From an uncultured Chloroflexia bacterium (lineage in GTDB: Bacteria; Chloroflexota; Dehalococcoidia; GIF9; UBA5629), in assembly GCA_963752975.1 (NCBI GenBank), contig CAVWAG010000007.1:1793-65792 (forward strand): DNA of 64,000 nt, read 5' to 3'. Positions 40,077 through 49,836 of this stretch are shown piece by piece. Every line of letters starts with the position of its first letter. The first letter of the stretch is position 1. The notes below the pieces were generated by a model. It saw nothing but the letters and a program-made list of their open reading frames with translations. It did no database searches and was not told the origin of the DNA. Both the position numbers and the translations under genes were made by a program.

Positions 40077-40454
40077 ATGCTGCCGGAGAAATTTGAGAGG
40101 CTCGTAATTGATACCGTTGCCGGGATGCCCGCTGAATTTAAAGAGATGCTGGATAACGTAGATATATGTATACAGGACTGGCCAAGCGGGAACAATTGAA
40201 AAGCGTGGGGTTGACGAGATAAAGAGGATCTACTCGGTTTATACGAAGGGACCCCGAGCACGCAGCGGGATCAAAATTATAACCTGGTACTGCCCGACAA
40301 GATCACGATATTTCAAAAACCCCTCGAAGCTCAATGCCCATCCGCCAAGGAATTGAGGGAGGAGATAGTGAGAACTGTGAAACATGAAATAGCGCATTAC
40401 TTTGGGCTTGACGATGAGCGTTTGCATGAGATTGAAAACAGGGCCGGCCGTTAA
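40077..40454 (+). pseudogene. Zincin-like metallopeptidase family protein (DUF1025-type), frameshifted
   Basis: MLPEKFERLVIDTVAGMPAEFKEMLDNVDICIQDWPS... continues in other frames as ...LLGLYEGTPSTQRD...LPDKITIFQKPLE...VKHEIAHYFGLDDERLHEIE (HExxH). The ORF-track minus-strand entries here are shadows. Confidence 0.7.
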
Positions 40455-40534
40455 TCACTATTGATTTACACTTAATTTTAGAGTAGAGTATTACCAGGGC
40501 TATATGGGGTAAATACTTTGGAGGCTTAATATAA

Positions 40535-42355
40535 ATGAGAAGGTTGCCATTATCGTTGCCGATTGCCTTGTTGATATTGGTGCTACTTGTCCGTTGCCGC
40601 TTGCTGTTGCAGCCGACGGCACAACCGGGCTGCCTGACGGCCTGACTCTTACTAAAGGGTCCCTTTCATTCAACCAATTGAAGCAATAAAGGACGACCGT
40701 CACCATAAAAGTCACTGCAACAAACAACAGCGCGGTTCAAATCGAATACTCGCTGCCAATCAAGATAAATGGGACTGCTTATGGATCGCCCCAAGCGATT
40801 TCCCTTGCGCCCTCCGCCACCAAGGATATTACATTTACCGTTACGGCACAAAACGCGGGCAATAACGATGTAGCGGTGGGAAACCTGCAGGGTTTTTTCA
40901 CAGTAAAGGGAGGTTCATTTTTTGACATGTTTCCTCTCTATGTCTGGATAATATTCGGCGTAATACTGCTAATTCGTCGTTACTGTTACTTGTCCTGATG
41001 CTGATAAAACCAAAGAATAAAGCCGGCGCCCAGCCGAAGCAGTTCTCGCATCAGGGTAAGCAAAAGGGTAAAGCGGGGAAACCCGGTGCTCCTGACTCAT
41101 TCCAGCAACCGGGTGGATCCCTCAGGCCAGGGATGCCTGACGGGATGGCGCCCGGTATGCAGGGCCAGGGCCAGTTTGGTGCACCCACGATATGCAGGCG
41201 CCGGGTATGGCGGGCATGCAGCAGCCATTCCAGCAACAGCCACAGCCGGGTATGCAGCCTTTCCCCCAGCAAAACGCGCCGGGCATGGCTCAGCATTTCC
41301 TATCACAACCCGGTATGCCTCCATCATTCCAGCAACAGCCACGCGGTATGCCGCCGCATTCCAGCAGCCGCCGCAGCCGGGTATGTCAACAATTTCCGCC
41401 CCCGCCGGGCACACCACCTTGCCACCAGCAATCCCAGCAGGGGGGCGCGCAACCTTTACCCAACCCAACCTCAGCAGGGCATGCCGCCTTCCGCTATGAG
41501 AGGGCCGCAATATCCGCAAGCCCCCCATATGCCGCAACCGGGCCAGCAACCTCCGCAGCAACCGCCGATGCATGGCATGCAACCCAATAGTACAGCAACC
41601 GCCGGGCACACGGCATGCCTCCTCCTCCACCTAATGCATTCGGGGCGCAACCCGCGATGCCATTCTGGAATGCAGCCGCCGGCGCCGCAAATGCCCGGGC
41701 AAATGTATCCACCCGTGCACATGCCGGTTCAGCCGCCCTCACAGGGCGGAATGCCACCGCCGATGCCCGTCAATTACCAGTCGATGGGTATGCCGAAGTT
41801 TTCAGTCAGCAACCTGACCATAACGCCTAACACCGTTAAAGTCGGCGAACCGGTTAATATCAGCATCATGTCTCCAATAACGGCATGCAAACCGGTAAAT
41901 ATAGCGTTGTTTTGAGAATGGGCGGCGTGGTGGAAAACATCAGCGATATGACCTTATCGCCCGGCCAGAACCAGACAGCCAGCTTTGTGGTAGTCAAAGA
42001 TGCACCCGGCGATTATTATGCCGATATAGATGGACTTGGTGGGTTCTTCACAGTAATCCCCCTCAATCCGCCGTCATTCATTGTGAGCAATTTTGCGATT
42101 TCTCCAGAGCGCGTCAGGCAGGGACAGCCCGTCATCGTAACAGCCACTGTGACCAATACCGGAGAGATCACCGGCAGCCACCCCCTGATCCTGAGAGTGA
42201 AGGGAATGGCCGAGGCCCAGCAAGAAGTCCTGCTCGGACCGGGCAAAATGCAGAAGGTCGAATTCCAGATGAGCAAAGATACCCCCGGGTTCTACCCTGT
42301 ATCAATGGAGAACTGGACGGGCAAATTCGTCGTTGAAATGGATTGGACCGGGTAG
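40535..42355 (+). pseudogene. Membrane protein with CARDB-like beta-sandwich domains and a Pro/Gln/Met-rich low-complexity linker; many frame disruptions
   Basis: It starts after a GGAGG RBS with MRRLPLSLPIALLILVLL. One Ig-like domain follows (VTIKVTATNNSAVQIEYSLPIKING...FTVKGG), then a TM segment and basic KPKNK, then about 700 nt of PGMQ/QQP repeats readable in three frames. The C-terminus has two CARDB-like domains (FSVSNLTITPNTVKVGEPVNISI..., FIVSNFAISPERVRQGQPVIVTATVTNTGE...). The single-gene model is inferred. Confidence 0.55.
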
Positions 42356-42410
42356 CAGCTAGGGGCGCGGATAGGTCTAGTCTGGTTCGGCTCGGTTTTC
42401 ACCAGTTTGG

Positions 42411-42869
42411 TCATATGTCTGTGAGATAATCGATATAAAATATGCCGTTGAGGTGATCGATTTCGTGCTGCATGGCTTGCGCAAGCAGATCTGATAGCCT
42501 TTCTGCGTACGAGTTTGCCGTGTCTGTCTCTTGGCTCTGCACTCTCACTGATTCGAGCGTTGGTTATCTCGGCCTGGTATCCCGGCACACTCAGGCATCC
42601 TTCCATAACCAGCCTCTCGCCTTTTGCCTCTCACTACGACTTCCGGATTTATCAGGACAAAAACCTCCTCGTTCAGGCATCTGGATGACCATGACTCGCA
42701 GCGGGACACCGACCTGGTTGGCTGCCAGGCCCACGCCGGAAGCCTCTGCATGCGTTTCGATCATATTGTCGATCAAGCCGCCGGACAGAAACATCAGAAT
42801 GATGGAGACTTTGTTGGCTTTTTTCCTCAGCATTGGGTCGGGGTTTTTTCTTATCTTTAGAACTGCCAT
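42411..42869 (-). pseudogene. def: Peptide deformylase, about 3 frame disruptions
   Basis: MAVLKIRKNPDPMLRKKANKV..., GVGLAANQVGVPLRVMVIQ, EGCLSVPGY and QHEIDHLNGI(F/L)YIDY (the three Def motifs) are found in different frames. The gene starts 10 nt after the priA stop. Confidence 0.85.
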
Positions 42870-42878
42870 GACAAATAA

Positions 42879-45110
42879 TTAAATCATACCCACAGGGTCA
42901 ACGTCCAAAATCCACCCCTCTGGGTAAATTCATACCATTCAAAATAGCCTGCAAGTCTGTTGCCCAGCAATTATAATCTGCATCTGGTACTTGCCCCGCA
43001 ACCGTGATAAATGAGCGGGCGCCGGACCTATCAATCGTGATCCCGGTAAACCCTGTACTGCGATTTGCTGTTTCAGGGTGTTTGCCATCGTTCTCGCTTG
43101 CCTGTTGCAACTTTCCTGGCTTCGATTGCTGACTGTCAGCCGGACTATATTGTTGTAGGGCGGATACCCGAAAGCACGCCCTGTATTTTATTTCCTGTTT
43201 ATAAAACCCAGGGTAATCATGCCTTGCAGCGCATTTGATCGCATAGTATCCCGGGTTGAAAGTTTGAATGACCGCGCGTCCCGGTACATGTGCCCGCCCC
43301 GCCCGGCCGGCGACCTGGCAGAGAAGCTGGAAGGTCCTTTCTCGCGGACCTGAAATCAGGCAAATTCAGTCCGGTATCGGCATTGATCACACCTACTAAC
43401 GAAACTCCCGGAAAATCCAGCCCTTTGGCCAACATCTGCGTGCCGATCATTATATCTGCTTCGCGTTTGCGGAACATGTCAATCAACTTTGAATATGCCT
43501 TCGAAGTTGCCGCGGCATCACTGTCAAAGCGCAGGATTCTGGCCTATTCGAAAAGCCTCCTGCATTCAGCCTCGACTGTTTGTGTGCCTATGCCCAGATA
43601 CTTGATATCAACGCTTGCGCAGGCCGGGCATTTTGCAGCGGCGGCGTAAGTCCGCCGGCAGTGGTGGCAGACCAGGCGTTTGCTGGCCGCATGATATGTC
43701 AATGTCCCCGAGCATTTTCTGCAGCTAAATACCCAACCGCAATTGCCGCATTCAATAAATGTGGCAAGCCCGCGCCGGTTGATATACAGCATTACCTGCT
43801 CGTCCCTGCCAAGGGAAAGCACAACCTGTTTTTTAAGCAGGCGGCTGAAGATGCTGCGGTTTCCCGCTTTGAATTCGTCGCCCATATTAACCACGCTAAC
43901 TTCGGGCAGCGGCAGGTTGCCCAGGGCAGAAACCCGTTCGTTCAACTCGATCAGCCGGTACTGTCCCTGCAGTGCCCGGTAATAAGTCACAACATCAGGC
44001 GTAGCGGTCCCCAATACCAAAACAGCACCGGTTAAGTGCTGCCAGCCTGATAGCCACATCGCGCGCATGGTACCTGGGCATTTTGTCCGACTGTTTATAG
44101 GCCCACTCATGCTCCTCGTCGACTATTATCAACCCGAGATCAGGTTGCGGCGCAAAGATGGCGCTGCGCGGCCCTATGACGATGTCGAATTCGCCCCTGC
44201 TGATGCGCCGCCACTCGTCGTATTGTTCACCGGCAGATAACTTGCTGTGTATGACCGCCACCCTGCCGGGGAACCTTGCAAAGAAGCGGTCTGTTATCTG
44301 CTGTGTCAGAGCAATCTCAGGGACCAGGCATATGCCCCGTTTTCCCTGCCTGATCGTCTCCGCCAGTGCGGCCAAGTATATTTCAGTCTTACCGCTGCCG
44401 GTTACACCGTTAATCAAGAATGCGCCGGGCCCGTGGTAATCCGGCCCTCCTTTAATTGCTGTCTCTACCGGTTGCCAGGCATCCTTTTGCCCTGCAGTGA
44501 ATTGCAGGGGAAACTCAAGCGCAAAATCTCTCTGCGCCAGTGGATCGCGAAATACCTCTTCATCCTCCAGAACAATCAGCTTTTTAAGCAGCAGGGCTTT
44601 GATAACGCTGCCTCCGCATTTGACCCGCGATAGTACCTGGCCAACCGGCAACCTGCCCCCCGTGGCCTCAAGAAGTTTCAGCACCTCCGCTTGCTTGGCC
44701 CCACCGGCCGTGCCCGCTTTTCCCCGGCCATCGGCCTGACCCGCAGCAGTATTCAGTGCCACATATCTGATATATTTAGCCTTTTGGGGTTTTCCGGTCC
44801 CCGAACCCGGCGGCAACATCAGGTCTATAGCATCGAAAATGGGGGAAAGGTAATAATCAGCAATCCACAGGGCCAGGTCAATATGCTCAGGGCTTATGAT
44901 AACCGGTGGGGAGATGAGTTCTATAATGTCCCGCGTATCCTGGACAGCAGTGGAATCCGACAGGCTGAGCACAATGCCGCGGACCACCCTGGCGCCGAAG
45001 GGCACCAGCACCCCCTGCCCTCTCAGGATGCTTAACGATCCCGGTACTGAATAGGTAAAAGCATGCCGGTGGCCGCCAGGTGCATCGACGGCCACCTCAG
45101 CAAATTTCAT
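42879..45110 (-). pseudogene. priA: Primosomal replication-restart helicase PriA, at least 6 frame disruptions
   Basis: 43995..45110 carries GVTGSGKTEIYL and IIVDEEHEWAYKQ. 43544..44110 carries the Cys-rich Zn region (CGNCGW...CRKC...CHHC...CPAC). 43217..43486 carries MIGTQMLAKGLDFPGVSLVGV. The terminal GWILDVDPVGMI* ends at 42879. Confidence 0.88.
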
Positions 45111-45115
45111 GCAGT

Positions 45116-45538
45116 TTATTCAGATTCAGTTACGGTGGCCTCCGGCTGGCCGGCTGGCGCCTCAACAAGCATATCCGGTACCACCACCTGGGCAATATTC
45201 TCCCGTCTTTCCTTTAGCCTGGCTTCCTTGGTGCTGAGACGCCTGATATAGTACAGCTTGCTGCGCCTGACCTTACCATGGCGCACGACTTCAATTTTCT
45301 CCAGCAACGGTGATGCCAGCGGGAACGTATGCTCCACACCTACACCCGAAGTCACACGCCTGACGGTGAAATTCCCTCCTGAATTATGCTTGGCAACCTT
45401 GATAATCAAGCCCGGGAATACCTGCAGGCGCTCACGGTTAGCCTCCTTAATCTTGAAGCTGACACGCACGTTGTCACCGGGCGCCAGTTTAGGCAGGCCC
45501 GCTGTCACTTTGTTCTTTCCTATAGCCTTGATATCCAT
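45116..45538 (-). CDS. rplS: 50S ribosomal protein L19 (with a C-terminal extension of about 25 aa)
   Basis: A 140-aa protein with FKIKEANRERLQVFPGLIIKV...FTVRRV.SGVGVEHTFPL.SP. It is downstream of trmD as usual. Confidence 0.9.
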   Translation of the reverse strand: MDIKAIGKNKVTAGLPKLAPGDNVRVSFKIKEANRERLQVFPGLIIKVAKHNSGGNFTVRRVTSGVGVEHTFPLASPLLEKIEVVRHGKVRRSKLYYIRRLSTKEARLKERRENIAQVVVPDMLVEAPAGQPEATVTESE

Positions 45539-45567
45539 TTCATATCCTTATCCTTTATTTATTATTA

Positions 45568-46311
45568 TCAATTATTATTTAAATCTTGCGATTTCAACAA
45601 CTTTTTCTCAGCATCAGTCAGCGCTGCTTTGCACAACAGGTCCGGCCGCCTGGCGGCCGTCCTCAGAATACTCTGCCGGCGCCGCCAATCAGCAACAGCC
45701 TTATGATCCCCGGATAAAAGCACATCCGGCACGTTGCTTCCCCGGTATTCGGGAGGCCGTGTATACTGGGGATATTCCAGCAGGTTGCCAACATGCGACT
45801 CCTCGGTCAGGGATGTATCGGAACCTATCGCGCCGGGCAACAACCTTACCAGGCAATCGATAATCACCATGGCTGCTGATTCGCCTCCGCTGAGCAGGTA
45901 ATCGCCTACACTAATCTCATCGCAAGCAAGTTGCTCCGCAACCCGCTCATCGATACCCTCATAGTGGCCGCAAATCAATATTATATTATTATTGCCGGCT
46001 AATTTTCCAGCCAACTCCTGGGTAAGCAATCCGCCCTGGGGTGTCAACAGTATCAGGTGAAAGTCTGCTGCTGCATTCTCTGCCTTTATTGATTCCACTG
46101 CCTCGAATATAGGCTCAGGCTTCATGACCATACCGGCGCCGCCCCCATACGGGTAATCATCCACGGTATGGTGCTTATCGTGTGCAAATGACCTGATGTT
46201 ATGCAGGCTGACTTTAACTATTCCCTGGGCTATTGCCCTGCCGATAATACTGTGCTCCAGAAAACCCGGGAAAGCCTCCGGAAATAATGTCAGCACATCG
46301 ATATTTAACAT
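45568..46311 (-). CDS. trmD: tRNA (guanine37-N1)-methyltransferase
   Basis: MLNIDVLTLFPEAFPGFLEHSIIGRA...VDDYPYGGGAGMVMKPEP...LICGHYEGIDERV. I prefer the ATG at 46311 over the ORF-track start at 46377. Confidence 0.9.
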   Translation of the reverse strand: MLNIDVLTLFPEAFPGFLEHSIIGRAIAQGIVKVSLHNIRSFAHDKHHTVDDYPYGGGAGMVMKPEPIFEAVESIKAENAAADFHLILLTPQGGLLTQELAGKLAGNNNIILICGHYEGIDERVAEQLACDEISVGDYLLSGGESAAMVIIDCLVRLLPGAIGSDTSLTEESHVGNLLEYPQYTRPPEYRGSNVPDVLLSGDHKAVADWRRRQSILRTAARRPDLLCKAALTDAEKKLLKSQDLNNN

Positions 46312-46544
46312 TTCCTGATCATCCTGCAAAGCGGCAAACAAGGTAGGTATTTTACCACACCACTCGTAAAGTACCAAGTTATCCGCCTGCCCAGGTCTTG
46401 TGCGAACAGTAGAACACTTGAACTATGTACCTATATATTGTGATGATCAGCCGTTTTTATTCTACAAATTGTGGTTGCTGGCAAAATAAATTTAGCGGAA
46501 AGCCGAATCTTGCCGAAATGCCGCAGCTTTTTCTCCGAAAACGC

Positions 46545-46574
46545 TTGACAGTGGGGAAAAAATAAGTAAATAAT
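46545..46574 (+). promoter_or_regulatory. Putative sigma70-type promoter of the wHTH-mraZ-rsmH-ftsAZ cluster
   Basis: TTGACA (46545-46550), an 18-nt spacer, then AATAAT (46569-74). It is the only good -35/-10 pair in the 235-nt intergenic region. Confidence 0.45.
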
Positions 46575-46598
46575 GGGACATAGTGGTAAAAAATGGTA
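46574..46598 (+). promoter_or_regulatory. Three TGG(G/T)A direct repeats at exact 10-nt spacing (MraZ-box-like operator)
   Basis: TGGGA at 46574, TGGTA at 46584 and TGGTA at 46594, immediately downstream of the putative -10. E. coli MraZ is known to bind GTGGG-type direct repeats with 10-nt periodicity in its own promoter. Confidence 0.45.
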
Positions 46599-46614
46599 AA
46601 AAGGGGGAAACAAG

Positions 46615-46980
46615 ATGGTGATAAATTGTCAATGCGAAAACATTGCTAACCATGAACTGTTCTCCTTTTTGAAAGAAAACGACATTACCGGTCACAGGCT
46701 GCGCCTGTTGTTATTCTGGGGCAGGCATCCCCAGGCCAAGTTTAACCTCGACTGCATCGCCCACGTCCTCGATATCACCTGCTTCCACCTGAGGGAGTTG
46801 CTGCGCGAACTGATCAGCAAGGGGATGGTTGAAGAGAGGTACTGCGCCAGCGGCATCGCCCACTATTCCTTGAATTCAGAGCATGCCCTGAGCGAATACA
46901 TACAGGAGCTCGCCAACCTCGATTGGAGCGCTCTGAGAAACCTTGAAGGAGAAGTTGAGCGCGAAGCGCTCATGGCCTGA
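46615..46980 (+). CDS. Hypothetical small winged-helix-like protein upstream of mraZ
   Basis: A 121-aa ORF with a good RBS (AAGGGGGA). LDITCFHLRELLRELISKGMVEE resembles a MarR/wHTH recognition region. The assignment is weak. Confidence 0.45.
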   Translation: MVINCQCENIANHELFSFLKENDITGHRLRLLLFWGRHPQAKFNLDCIAHVLDITCFHLRELLRELISKGMVEERYCASGIAHYSLNSEHALSEYIQELANLDWSALRNLEGEVEREALMA

Positions 46981-47004
46981 CGACCGCGCAAGGATTGAGT
47001 ATTA

Positions 47005-47434
47005 ATGTTTGTCGGTGAATACGAATATAAAGTTGATAACAAGGGCCGCCTGCCCTTGCCTCCGCGTTTCCGCAAGGAATTGGAGGATGGCCTGGTCCTG
47101 ACGCTGGGACCCGACAACTGCATTGCGGCCTATCCCAAAGCCGATTGGATAAAAATGACGGCCAACCAGGCGCCTCCCAATTTACTTTCCTCCGATAAAG
47201 AAAGAAAGATAAACCGCTTTTTCTTCAGCAATGCCAATGAAGTATCGGTTGATAATCAGGGCAGGATCGCCCTCCCCTCATCATTGCGGGAAAGATGCGG
47301 ATATCAGCGACAGAGCAATCATTAATGGGCTAAATACCTCTTTCGAGATATGGAATCCCGCACAACTGGAAAAGGAACGCCTGACGGCCGATGAAGCCCG
47401 GCAGCTGATGGAAATCCTGGAGGAAAGGAAATGA
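47005..47434 (+). pseudogene. mraZ: Division/cell-wall cluster transcriptional regulator MraZ, frameshifted
   Basis: MFVGEYEYKVDNKGRLPLPPRFRKEL...DNQGRIALPSSLRE is followed, after a shift near 47285-47295, by ADISDRAIINGLNTSFEIWNPAQLEKE... These are the two SpoVT/AbrB-like halves. Confidence 0.88.
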
Positions 47435-48367
47435 GCGTAGCTTTAGCCAACAGGACGCATATCCCGGTACTGGTAGAAGAGGTAATAGCGGCGCTGGATG
47501 TGCAACCCGGCAGGCGTTATATAGATTGCACTCTGGGCGGGGGTGGACATTCAACAGCTATTTTGTCCCGGTGCCAGCCGGACGGCGAACTTCTCGGCAT
47601 AGACGCAGATCCCGAAGCCATAAATCTCGCCCAGCATAATCTCTACGATTATTTCGAAAGCTCCGTAATCATCAACGACAACTTCTACAACCTGGAAAAT
47701 ATTTGCGCAAAGACCGGTTTTTCGCAGGCTGACGGCATACTCTTCGACCTCGGATTATCCTCACTTCAACTCTCCAGCGCCGATCGCGGCTTCAGCTTCC
47801 AGGTAAATGGCCCGCTGGACATGCGCTTCAACCCCGATGAGCAACTGACCGCCGCCGATATCGTCAACAGGATGCCCGAGGCCAAGCTGGCGCAGTTGAT
47901 CCTTATATACGGTGAAGAGCCGCAGGCCAGCAGGATCGCCAAAAATATAGTTGCTCACAGGCCAGTTGCCGATACCGCGGACCTGGCATCCATCATAGCC
48001 GGCACAATAGGTGACAACTTTGGCAAGATTCATCCCGCTACCAGGACCTTCCAGGCTTTACGTATAGCAGTTAACCGGGAACTAGACCACCTGACATCGG
48101 CATTAGAGCAGACCTTAAATTGCCTTGCGCCCGGCGGCCGGTTGGCGGTAATCAGCTACCACTCCCTTGAGGACCGCATCGTAAAAAACTTCATGTTGCG
48201 TGAAACCAGGGCCTGCATATGCCCGCCCAACCTGCCGGAATGCCGCTGTCAGCATAAACCACAGTTTAGAGCTTATCATCAGACACCCCATCATGCCATC
48301 CGAGTCAGAGATCGAAAAAAACCCGCGCAGCAGGAGCGCCAAGCTCCGCGTCGCGCGCAAGATATAA
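47431..48367 (+). pseudogene. rsmH: 16S rRNA (cytosine1402-N4)-methyltransferase RsmH, frameshifted near the C-terminus
   Basis: HIPVLVEEV...DCTLGGGGHS...FDLGLSSLQL...[13 protein letters not shown] is intact. The conserved tail [23 protein letters not shown] is only in another frame (shift near 48270), giving a stop at 48367. Confidence 0.88.
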
Positions 48368-48391
48368 AAAAATACGCAGGAGGCAAAGAAA

Positions 48392-48526
48392 ATGATCGGA
48401 GCAAGAAGGTTGAGCACGATCCTGAATAATGACAGGAAACTCCTGACAATATTCGGGGGCATGGTTTTCGACGGCGTCGTTTTCATCAGCCTGATAATTG
48501 CGATCGCTATCCTCTACTTCTTGTAA
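48392..48526 (+). CDS. Possible 44-aa single-TM protein in the FtsL position
   Basis: The ATG follows GCAGGAGG. MIGARRLSTILNNDRKLLTIFGGMVFDGVVFISLIIAIAILYFL. It is below the ORF-track cutoff. The function is inferred from position only. Confidence 0.35.
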   Translation: MIGARRLSTILNNDRKLLTIFGGMVFDGVVFISLIIAIAILYFL

Positions 48527-48578
48527 GAATATTTGCCAGATAAATTATTAAAGATTAAATCAAAGGAGGCATGGATTA

Positions 48579-49799
48579 ATGACAAAAAAATTGATTACCG
48601 GCATCGACGTTGGTACAACCAAGATATGTACCATAGTTGCCACCCTTGATTCCGGCGGCGCGCTGCAGGTGCTTGGGGTCGGACAGGTACCTTCGCACGG
48701 CCTGCACAAAGGAATGGTGGTCAACGTCGAAGAGGCCCGGGACTCGGTAGCCGAATCGGTCAAGAGGGCGGAACAGGCCAGCGGCGTAAAAATCGAGTCG
48801 GCTTACATCGGTGTAACCGGCAGGCACATCAGCTCGGTCAACAGCCACGGCGTTGTGGCCATCCCGCGGACGGACCGGCTGGTGCGGCAGGACGATTTAT
48901 CCCGCGTCCTCAATTCCGCCAAGAACCTCAACATCCCGGATGACAGGAAGATCCTCCACCAGATACCCCGCGGCTACAGCCTGGATACCCAGGAAAAAAT
49001 CAAGAACCCTGTGGGCATGCACGGTTTCAGGTTAGACGTGGAAACGCACATCATTACAGCTTCAACAGCTTCCGTGCAAAACCTGGTTAAATGCGTGCGC
49101 AGCGTGGGTGTCGAAATCGACGACCTGGTACTTGAACCCCTGGCCAGCGGCGAATCAGTGCTGACCCCCGAAGAGAAAGAGATCGGCGTCATAATGGCTG
49201 ATATCGGCGGCGGCACAACCGACATCGCCGTTTTCAAAGACGGCAGCATCTACCACACATCCATCATCCCTGTCGCCGGTTACCAGTTTACCAGCGACCT
49301 TTCTATCGGACTGGGTCTCCCCTTCGAGATCGCCGAAGCGATGAAAAAGAAGTACGGCAACGTCTATCCCGAAACGGGCTCCAAAGACGAGAGTTCCACC
49401 CTCACCGTGGAAGACGGTCACAGCGTCTCCTACAAGGACCTCAGCAATATCCTGCGTGACCGCATGGAAGAATTGCTCAGGCTAATACTTCTTGAGATGC
49501 CGGATACCAGCTATGCTGCTCTGGCCCCGGCCGGTTTAGTCATGACCGGCGGCGGATCCAAGATGAACGGCCTGGAAGCGCTGGCCCGCGCAACCATCCG
49601 CATCCCCACCAGGATCGGCGAACCCATGGGCGTTTACGGAATAACCGACGTATTACATGATCCGGCCAATGCCACCGGCGTGGGACTGCTGCTCTGGGCG
49701 ATCAAAACGGGCGGCAAGCCGACCTGGGAAGCCAAGGCCAAGCCGAACGGTTCAGTAAGCAACGTAATGGACCTTCTTAAGAAATTCTTCGGCGCATAA
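48579..49799 (+). CDS. ftsA: Cell division protein FtsA
   Basis: A 406-aa actin-fold protein with ITGIDVGTTKICTIVA, MADIGGGTTDIAVF and VMTGGGSKMNGL motifs. Confidence 0.92.
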   Translation: MTKKLITGIDVGTTKICTIVATLDSGGALQVLGVGQVPSHGLHKGMVVNVEEARDSVAESVKRAEQASGVKIESAYIGVTGRHISSVNSHGVVAIPRTDRLVRQDDLSRVLNSAKNLNIPDDRKILHQIPRGYSLDTQEKIKNPVGMHGFRLDVETHIITASTASVQNLVKCVRSVGVEIDDLVLEPLASGESVLTPEEKEIGVIMADIGGGTTDIAVFKDGSIYHTSIIPVAGYQFTSDLSIGLGLPFEIAEAMKKKYGNVYPETGSKDESSTLTVEDGHSVSYKDLSNILRDRMEELLRLILLEMPDTSYAALAPAGLVMTGGGSKMNGLEALARATIRIPTRIGEPMGVYGITDVLHDPANATGVGLLLWAIKTGGKPTWEAKAKPNGSVSNVMDLLKKFFGA

Positions 49800-49836
49800 A
49801 ATAAATAATCAGGAAATAGCAGGAGGTTAAGAAAAA

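Noticed and set aside
41000-41900. Multiple overlapping ORFs of 70-300 aa on both strands (for example 40998..41915, 41097..41630, 41192..41590), considered as separate genes.
   Set aside because: All are alternative-frame readings of one GC-rich Pro/Gln/Met repeat region. The only coherent model joins the flanking Ig/CARDB-like domains through this linker.
28225-45110. Programmed ribosomal frameshifting or recoding as an explanation for the split essential genes.
   Set aside because: There are too many sites, with no shared slippery heptamer or downstream structure, and the shifts go in both directions. Several genes need three to six shifts. Recoding is not known for ftsZ, priA, def or nuo genes.
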